From Callorhinchus milii (lineage: Eukaryota), in assembly GCF_018977255.1 (NCBI RefSeq), contig NW_024704742.1, forward strand, positions 37,512,001 to 37,576,000: a stretch of 64,000 bases of DNA, given 5' to 3'. A program made the position numbers and the translations under genes. The notes under the pieces are model-generated. The model made no database searches and was not told the origin of the DNA. It saw nothing but the letters and a program-made list of their open reading frames with translations. Shown one piece after another: positions 51,793-61,500 of the stretch (the first letter of the stretch is position 1; the number at the start of each line of letters is the position of its first letter).

Positions 51793-51861
51793 ACACTTGT
51801 ACTGCCAATCTAGTTATCTGATCACATTCCAGTACCTGTTCACATTCCGGTAGCCATTAGT

Positions 51862-52188
51862 GGAGTCCTGTAGCTCAGTGGTTAGAGCACTCACTTTGCA
51901 AGCGAGAGACCTGAGTTCAATTCCAGGCAGAGGGCGAAACCTTGGGCAAGTTTCCTTACTCCACACAGAGCCTAATAATAATCTCTCCAAAACCAAAAAC
52001 AATAATAAATTGGTCATTTTCAATCCACGACTGTTTGTGGGACATTGCTGTGCGCAATTGGCTGCCGCGTTCGTCCACAAATATACAGTCAATTCATTTT
52101 ACAGTGTGTTCTGTGAAGCGCTTTGGGACGTCCTCCCGACGTGAAAAGTGCTATATCAAATGCAAGGATTATTATTATTATTATTATT
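51862..52188 (+). mobile_element. Full-length young tRNA-derived SINE (short subfamily) with L2-type tail ending in (ATT)n
   Basis: A box TAGCTCAGTGG, TTGCAA anticodon loop, B box GAGTTCAATTCC; tail GGGACGTCCTCCCGACGTGAAA. Confidence 0.9.
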
Positions 52189-52279
52189 CCTAAGGTCCCA
52201 GGGCGCTCTGTCAGTGGTCAAGGCTGGTGCTGCCACTGTGGCTTTGCAGACAGACAGACAGACAGATGGGGTTTTGAGA

Positions 52280-52500
52280 TCGCGCGCTCCCGCGGCCGTT
52301 TGTCCGCGCGGCGCTGCCGTTGTGCAGGCGGCGGTGCGAGGCCGCGCGGGGCGGCACGTGGTGAGGAGCCGCGGACACGGGGAGACGGTCGCCATGTCAA
52401 CCGCCTCGGCCAGAGCCAGGAACAGCAACAGGCTGCCGGGGAGCCTCGCCCAGCTCCAGAACCTGCTCAAGAGGGACCCGCAGGCCTACAGCGAGGAGGT
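52280..52500 (+). promoter_or_regulatory. SDAD1 CpG-island promoter/5' UTR with E-box CACGTG (52355-52360) and a GC box
   Basis: Dense CpG; GGGGCGG is followed immediately by CACGTG, just upstream of the ATG. Confidence 0.75.
52394..52498 (+). CDS. SDAD1: SDAD1 exon 1 ([15 protein letters not shown]...AYSEE)
   Basis: gtcgccATG start context, GAG|GTCAGT donor, 105 nt. Confidence 0.93.
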
Positions 52501-55500
52501 CAGTCACACACACACACACACACAGCGCTCCCCCCTCCCCCGCTCTGCCACCTCCCCCTCTCTCCTCCCTCTCTGCCACCCTCCCCTCCCCCTCCCTCTC
52601 TGCCACCCTCCCCTCCTCTCCCTCTCTGCCACCCTCCCCTCCTCTCCCTCTCTGCCACCCTCCCTCCCCCTCTCTCCTCCCTCTCTGCCACCCTCCCCTC
52701 CCCCCTCCCTCTCTGCCACCCTCCCCTCCTCTCCCTCTCTGCCACCCTCCCCTCCCCCTCCCTCTCTGCCACCCTCCCCTCCTCTCCCTCTCTGCCACCC
52801 TCCCCTCCCCCTCCCTCTCTGCCACCCTCCCCTCCTCTCCCTCTCTGCCACCCTCCCCTCCTCTCCCTCTCTGCCACCTCCCCTCCCCTCTCTCCTCCCT
52901 CTCTGCCACCCTCCCCTCCCCCCTCCCTCTCTGCCACCCTCCCCTCCTCTCCCTCTCTGCCACCCTCCCTCCCCCTCTCTCCTCCCTCTCTGCCACCCTC
53001 CCCTCCCCCTCCCTCTCTGCCACCCTCCCCTCCCCCTCCCTCTCTGCCACCCTCCCCTCCTCTCCCTCTCTGCCACCCTCCCCTCCTCTCCCTCTCTGCC
53101 ACCCTCCCCTCCCCCTCTCTCCTCCCTCTCTGCCACCCTCCCCTCCCCCTCTCTCCTCCCTCTCTGCCACCCTCCCCTCTCCCTCTCTCCCTCCCCCTCT
53201 CCCCCTCCCCCTCTCCCCCCTCTCCCTCTCTGCCACCCTCTCCCCCTCCTCCTCTCCCTCTCCCCCTCCCCCTCTCTGCCACCCTCTCCCCCCCTCCCTC
53301 TCTGCCACCCTCTCCCCCTCCCCCTCTCCCCCCCTCCCTCTCTGCCACCCTCTCCCCCTCCTCCTCTCCCCCCTCCCTCTCTGCCACCCTCTCCCCCCCT
53401 CCCTCTCTGCCACCCTCTCCCCCTCCCCCTCCCCCTCTCCCTCTCCCCCTCTCCCTCTCTGCCACCCTCTCCCCCTCCCCCTCTCCCCCCCTCCCTCTCT
53501 GCCACCCTCTCCCCCTCCTCCTCTCCCCCTCTCCCCCCCTCCCTCTCTGCCACCCTCTCCCCTCCCCCTCTCCCCCCCTCCCTCTCTGCCACCTCTCCCC
53601 CTCCTCCTCTCCCTCTCCCCCTCTCCCCCCTCCCTCTCTGCCACCCTCTCCCCTCCCCCTCTCCCTCTCCCCCTCTCCCCCCTCCCTCTCTGCCACCCTC
53701 TCCCCCCCTCCTCTCCCCCTCTCCCCCCTCCCTCTCTGCCACCCTCTCCCCCTCCCCCTCTCCCCCCTCCCTCTCTGCCACCCTCTCCCCCTCCTCCTCT
53801 CCCTCTCCCCCTCTCCCCCCTCCCTCTCTGCCACCCTCTCCCCCTCCCCTCTCCCCCTCCCCCTCTCCCCCCCTCCCTCTCTGCCACCCTCCTCTCCCCC
53901 TCCTCCTCTCCCCCCTCCCTCTCTGCCACCCTCTCCCTCTCCCCCCTCCCTCTCTGCCACCCTCCCCTCCCCCTCCTCCCTCTGCCACCCTCCTCTCCCC
54001 CTCCCTCTCTGCCACCCTCCTTTCTCTCTCTGCCACCCTCCTCTCTCTCTCTCTGCCACCCTCCTCTCTCTCTCTGCCACCCTCCTCTCTCTCTGCCACC
54101 CTCCTCTCTCTCTCTCTCTCTGCCACCCTCCGCTCTCTCTCTCTCTGCCACCCTCCTCTCTCTCTGCCACCCTCCTCTCTCTCTGCCACCCTCTCTCTCT
54201 CTCTCTCTCTGCCACCCTCCCTCTCTCTCTGCCACCCTCCGCTCTCTCTCTCTCTCTGCCACCCTCCTCTCTCTCTCTCTCTGCCACCCTCCGCTCTCTC
54301 TCTCTCTGCCACCCTCCTCTCTCTCTGCCACCCTCCTCTCTCTCTCTCTCTGCCACCCTCCGCTCTCTCTCTCTCTCTGCCACCCTCCTCTCTCTGCCAC
54401 CCTCCGCTCTCTCTCTCTCTCTGCCACCCTCCTCTCTCTCTCTCTCTCTCTGCCACCCTCCTCTCTCTCTGCCACCCTCCGCTCTCTCTCTCTGCCACCC
54501 TCCTCTCTCTCTCTCTCTCTCTGTCACCCTCCTCTCTCTCTGCCACCCTCCGCTCTCTCTCCATAATCCTTTGATCTCTGCTCTTCATGTTCTTGAGTGG
54601 AATCCCAAAAATCTCCATTAATTTTACATCCAGGCTTTTTTTGGCCCTCCAAATCCTACCAACAAACCAGGCTATTGACTAGTGTGTCATCAGCAGAGTA
54701 CTGTGGACCAGTCTGGCTCAGGACCGCCAGAGGAATGACGAGATTCCGACATTTTATTGCCAAGCCGTCACCTTGGAGCCAGTCCAATTCTAAGGAGACC
54801 CCACTTACCTCTTCTTTCTCCCTCCAAACCAGGAAGATAATTACTGTACTATAAATACATTCAAGCAACTCTAAAATGAAAGAGCAATGTTGGTCTGTAA
54901 TTATTGTGTGCCTTTGTATGTGATGGTACAGGTATATTAACTGATGCACATCAAATAGGTTGAGTGATGTGTTGAAAACCATTTGGAACCGTTAAATGTT
55001 ACTCGATAAACAGAACTATTGTATTTCCATAATAATTAATTTGTCATTAAATGTGTAAGTTGGATTTATTTTTACCTTTCTCTCTCAGTTTCTACAGCAG
55101 TTTCGCCACTACCAGTCCAATGTACAGATATTTAAGCTGCAACCAGACAAGCCAAATAAGGAGCTGTCGGAACTGGTGATGTTCTTGGCACAAGTATGTT
55201 TATTTATCTACAGTAAAATGACTAGAAATCCCCACAAATCAATATGGGTGCATTCTATTCTCAATACTATACAATTGACATTGATATAGATCCTTTCATG
55301 TCAGGAGCACGACTCAAAGCGCTTGACATTGCTGGGTGGCCATCTGATTTGGGGGTGGGAGCTGACGGGGTAGGGGAAAAGTTGACCAAATATTGAACCG
55401 AAGAGGTACATTTGGAGACCTGGCTTGAACAAGTGGAATGAGCGAGTCAGAGGGACTCCGGGATGCAGTTCCAGAGAGCAGGGACAAAAAAGCTTAAAGG

Positions 55501-58500
55501 GTACCCACCTGTCGATGATAGGGTGGGGACATGAGCACAATTAAGAGTATTCCTTATAACATTAAAGATGTGATTCTCTCGAGTTTATTTAAATAAATAC
55601 TCATTAACTTTTTGTATAATGCCAAGTCTCAGGAATGCTGCAACACACAATGCTGCCGATGGGCCTGAACATACAGCTGCTTACACAGTGATCTGATTGC
55701 AAAGATACCACTTTAAACAATGGCTGTGCAGAAGCCATCGAAAGAGGGGAACACTAGAACTAATTGTATTTTAATTGGCTTGCTATATGAAACCTGCAAT
55801 AGCCATTCTTCTGGCTATTCGGGATTAATTATGCATCTATTTTCAGAATGGTACCATTATAAAATATTACAATTTTCTATGGGGAAATAAGCTCAGCAAA
55901 ACTGTTTGAATATCATGTTTTTATTATAATCAACAGGTTGCACATTGCTACCCAGTGAGGTTAGCTAACTTTGCCCAGGAACTAAAGGAGTTGCTTTTCT
56001 CTCACCACACAGTTCTGGTACCAGACCTGCGAATGGTGAGCTATATGTGACTAATATTTCCAGCAATACTCTGTGACAGGTTAGCTAAACGTAAGCCTGG
56101 TTTTCACTTCTGTAAGCAGATATCTACCTTCTTAATCACCTACACTGATAAATAGAATTCAAAACATGAGCCATAATATTGTACTGTTTAAGTGCTAGAA
56201 AGGTTTATTGTGTTTTTTGGAGGACATTTTACCATGTAAGCAATGAATAGAGGTTACACATATCTCTAAATCAGAAAACAAACTATGTATTTCTTACTGA
56301 AGCATCAGGTCTTCTGGACAAGCACCAACTGAATCCTGCACCACTTACATACCTCTTTTATAATAATAATCCTTGCATTTGATATAGTGACTTATCGCAT
56401 CATTGAGACAAATCAAAGCTCTTCACAGAATATATTGTAAAGTGGATTTTGCATTTTGTGGTGGAACATCCATTAAATCAGGTTATCTGCATATTCACAA
56501 CTCTCCCAGTGTGAATTGAACCATTACAGCATTGATGGTAATTATTTGGGGAGGATAAGTTTGCAGGGCTATGGGGAGAAAGTGGGGGAGTGAGATTGAA
56601 TTGGATAGCTCTTTTCAAAGAGCCAGTACAGACACAATGGGCCGAATGGCCTCCTTCTGTGCTGTATAATTCTATGATTCAAACAGAGCACGCTTCTCTG
56701 AAATTTATGGTTTCTTTCTCTGATTAAAATCTTGTTTAAAAATTCTCTTATTTCATGTGTTCTAATTCCCTCTATGACATCAATATTGTACTCTGATGGA
56801 ATAATATTTAAGGAGCTGCAATGATTCAATTCACATTGGCAGAGTTGTGAATATGCAGATAATCCGATTTAATGGATGTTTGGTTGCTATAAAACATTAA
56901 TGCTATAGAGTGGTGGGGTTGGGGGTGGAGGAGTGAAGCATCTTATTTACACTTTGTGCTTTTAATTTTGATTTGTTTTTTACCTTTTTTTTAGACATTA
57001 TGTAAGGCTTTGATCTTGTTGAGAAATAAGGGGCTTCTTAATCCTACCAGTTTGCTGGAATTATTCTTTGAACTCCTGAGATGCCAAGACAAACTTCTAA
57101 GACAGGTATATTGTCAAAAAAGTCGTTGGAAAGTATTTTTGAAATATCCATTACATTTCCGAATTTCATATGTACCTTTGTTTATCATTTTTTTAAGATG
57201 CTGTATACTCATATTGTGACAGACATTAAGAATATCAATGCCAAACACAAAAACAACAAAGTAAACACAGTAAGTATATAAAGCATAATAAATATATTTC
57301 CTTAGTCATTTAAATGGGTTTATTAATAAGTACAGTAGAGTCCTGATATAACACATTCCATATCCTTTGTGTGAAATAATTCTCCTAATCTTATGACTTG
57401 TCAGCATAAAATTCAATGATTTCATATTTCAAAATTAATATTCAAGACTAGAGAAGCTAAATCTTCCCTTAACCTTCTCTGCTCTAAGGAGAAAAGAGGG
57501 ATTTTTCTCCTTAGAGCAGAGCAGGTTAAGGGAAAATTTAATAGAGGTGTTCAAAATGATGAGGGGTTTTGATTGAGTAGATAGGGAGGAACTGTTTCCA
57601 CTGGCAGGTGGGTCGGTAAACAGGGGACATAGATTTAAAATAATTGGGGGAAAAAACGGGAGATGAGGAGAATTTATTTTACACCAGAGAGTTGTTACGG
57701 TCTGGAATGCACTGCCTGAAAGGGTGGTGGAAACAGATTCAATAACAACTTTCAAAAGGGAATTGGATAGGTAAAGGAAAAAATTACAAGGACCTGGGGA
57801 AAGAGCAGGGGAGTGGGACTGATTGGATAGCTCTTCCAAAGAGCTAGCACAGGCACGATGGGCTGAATGACCTCCTTCTCTGCTGTAATATTCTATGATT
57901 CTATGAAGACGATCTGAAGGTACAGAAACATGGAAGCTGACGGTGATATTGTGGCAAGTAAACAATTGCCACTTGTAGTCTTATTGAGTATGTTATACAT
58001 ACTCAACAGTCAATGATGTTACCCTGGGAAGTCTTAAAAGTTATAAAGTGCTGTTATATGTTTCTGCCCAACCTTAAACTGTTTAATAGGTTTATCTTGT
58101 ACTGTGTGTTCATGTAGACCTTGGATGCTGTACTCCTCTATTCTATTGGTGTTATTTGTGTTTAGTGTTTACATGATGATCATCACTCGTTTGAATATGC
58201 CTTCTGCCAGTCCAATGCTGCTTATTTAAAACTTCCTTTTTCGTAATAATAAATATCCTGGCATTTGATATAGCGCCTTATGACATCTTCCAGATGTCTC
58301 AAAGCACTTCACAGGATAATTTGTAAAGTGAATTGACTGTGTATTTTGTGGGCGAAACTCGGCAGCCAATTGTGCACAGAAGTGTACCACAAACAGTCGT
58401 GGATTGAATGACCAAATTATTATTATTTTAGTAAAAAGAAAACTACGGGCCCAATCTCATTGATTTCCCACAGCACAATTCAATTTACATCTCTGCATTG

Positions 58501-61500
58501 TGCAGCATTTGTCATCCACTTTCAATAGAGATATTGAGATGCAACAATACAAACTTTCTAAATCACAGTATTTAGTGGCAGGAAAAGCAATGCTCAACAT
58601 TGCTAGCTATCGAAATGCCATTGGAATCAGTTAGATAATGAATCCATATCTATGTATATGGAGCACCAATTACTTTATTAGTTTTTTCTTAAGCTCCTCT
58701 GATAACTCATTTGATGCTTTATTTCCAACGGTATAAAGGCATATTAATGCACTGTCAACCTCCACAAGGAGACAGCTCCTTTTGTATACCATTTTGTTCT
58801 CAAACTTAAGGGCTGGATGCTCGGTAGCGAAAAGATGTGTAGATAGGCTGCTTTGGTCAAACATTTGTAGAAACAGCCGGACAAGGAACGTTTCCTGGCA
58901 AACATATTCATCACGGTTTCCTGCACTGAATCAGCATGTATGTCACTTTAAAATAATGCATTAAGACGGGCAGTGTACTTGGGTTTGATGTAATTTAGAC
59001 TCAAACAAAACACAGGCACTATCTATTTAACTATTTGTAGGAACACATCTGTTTTATGTAAGTAGTGTAAAATGTTCTGAACTGTGAATACTATCTAGAA
59101 TACTATCAGGATTACATTTACCTTTGATTGTATTTTTGTAGACTTTGCAAAATTTTATGTACACCATGTTGAGGGATAGCAACACTATTGCAGCCAAAAT
59201 GTCTCTGGATGTAATGATAGAGCTGTACAAAAGGAACATTTGGTAAGTTTACCTGCTGTGCATTGTGACAGTTTATTTTCTACCTGAAATTATTTGATTT
59301 AACACTTAATATTTGAAGAAATGTAACTTGTCTTAAGATGTCTAAATACATGTTGATTTATTTCTTGAATAGTTAATCATGTATGTTGTTTATGTTTGCC
59401 ACAATTGCCATAATTGAAGATTTGGAAATTAACCTTCAATTGGGTTAACCCTTACTGAGATTCAACTCTCTTAACCAGGGAGCTGCAGAGTTGAATATCA
59501 GTAAAGTGTGTTTGTTTTGTGGAAAAGGTGAGATTCTTGGGCATGAAAGAAGAGTTCTGCCTGTCCAAGTAGGTTAAATTATACATTCCGCTGAATAATC
59601 TATGTGCTAATTTGAGTCTTGGAAACACTCATACCCAGACCAGCTGATCCTCCTGTCTGTTGTTGTAATAAGTGGCTTCTAAAGAAAGTCAGAGGAGATA
59701 GGGGAGAAAGGGAATAAATTCTAAGAATAGCATCAACACTTGTCAAAGTTACAGGAATTTTAAACCATTCACATGGTACAAATGCTGAATTTATAATCTA
59801 ATAATTCTAATGCTCTGGCATATCTGGTTGTTTCAGGCATGAATTTGTAAACCTGTCACTTTTTTTCCAAGGGGCAGTAATTATTTGGATTATTGGAATG
59901 AGTTACACTTCTCTTTTCTGTGTTATCGAATAATCCTTCAAAAACAATGATGTTTGGGCAAGATACTGAAGCGTCAAAGCTGCTTTGAAGCCTCACCCCA
60001 GTCATTGGAAAAAGAATTTAGAAAAAAGGGCAGGGTGAGAGAGAGGAAAACTGTCTACAATGTGTGTGAATGAGGAGTAATATTGCACTGACTCTATTAA
60101 TGTTGCCTTGCTTACAGGAATGATGCAAAAACTGTCAATGTCATTACAACAGCTTGCTTCTCAAAAGTAACAAAGGTAAGTAGATCAGGACCGTTTTGAT
60201 GACATCCTACATCAACGGTGCTATATAAATGCAAGTTGTTGTTGACTATCTATGAGAACTACTTGGATGGGAGGGGAAGGAACAACAATACAGTAAGCGC
60301 TCAGCTAAGGGGACGGACTCTATCCGGAATTCAAATCTGGCTGAACCCGGCTTTAAATGGAAACTTTTTTAAAAAAATTCCCACATGTAGATATCCACGA
60401 GCCTAATCTCCTAGCCATGTACTCCTTCCTCACCGAGCCTGTTGGCCTTCGGTGGCCAGGGATACCGACTTTGACTCAGTTTGAATCCCGTGACAGCTTA
60501 TTCGCTACCTTCTGCTCATGGAATTCAAACAGTTATAATGCTGATACCGGCAATTTTCAGCACTGAAAAAATCCGCTACTGAAAAAGCCAGTAAATGCTG
60601 GTAGTGGCATTGTAATTACACTTAGCCGGCTCAATAAGTGTAATTCTGGCTTGCTAAACCGGATCTCCTCCCCCCGCTTCCCCCCATTGAGTCCGACTAG
60701 CTGGGGTTTTAGTATGTATATAATTTATAAAATTTTGAAATGGAACGTCACAAAGCTCAATGCCACCTCGTCTTAGATAGCACTTGTGGAGTTCTGTAGC
60801 GTATTGGTTAGAACACTCGCCTCACAAGCAAGAAGACCTAGGTTCAATTTCCATGCAGGACACGACATTAGGCAAATTTCCTCACTCCACACATCTCTGT
60901 TTACCTAGCAGTAAGTAGGAACCCGGTTGTTAGACAATTGGTGGATTGCTTTTTCGGGGGTAATAATTCCTTCAAAAAAATAATAAAAATAATTTGGTAA
61001 CTCAGTCCACGACTGTTTGTGGGACACTGCTGTGCGCAATTGGCTGCCATGTTTTGCCCACAAAATACACAGTCAATTCACTTTACAGTATATTCTGTGA
61101 AATGCTTTGAGACTTCTCAAAGGCATGATAAGGCGCTATATTAAATACAAGTATTATTAATAAAATTTAAGATCATGCAAAATTAGAGAAAATTCTTAAA
61201 TTTGGTTTTCCAGATTTATCAACTTTCATCTTCCAAATGAATTTAAGAATTATCGTTAAAGATTTTTCAACAATCTTTAAAAGATTGTCTTGCATGCTAA
61301 ATCTGGGTGGAACTTGAGATCTCAGAATAGAGTGATAGATTTATTGTTGCTGCATGAACTTCATCATACAGACTGTTTTTGTTTCAGATCTTGGTTGCTG
61401 CTCTGAAATTCTTTCTTGGTAAAGATGAAGATGAGAAGGATAGTGATTCAGAATCCGAGGTATGTCTGATGCTGACATTTGGATCGAGTTTATAATATTT

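Noticed and set aside
51862..51935. tRNA-Ala(TGC)-like gene, also seen at 26307, 27525, 50170 and 60788
   Set aside because: These are SINE heads: each continues into the same body and L2-type tail, with no clean acceptor stem and terminator
52527..54562. CRISPR-like pattern of constant repeat and variable spacer
   Set aside because: Spacers are low-complexity C/T runs, the context is a vertebrate intron, and there are no cas genes
52123..54621. ORFs of 675-832 aa rich in Pro/Ser/Leu or Gly/Arg/Glu
   Set aside because: Stop-free readings of the C/T minisatellite on both strands; only 52394-52498 is a real exon
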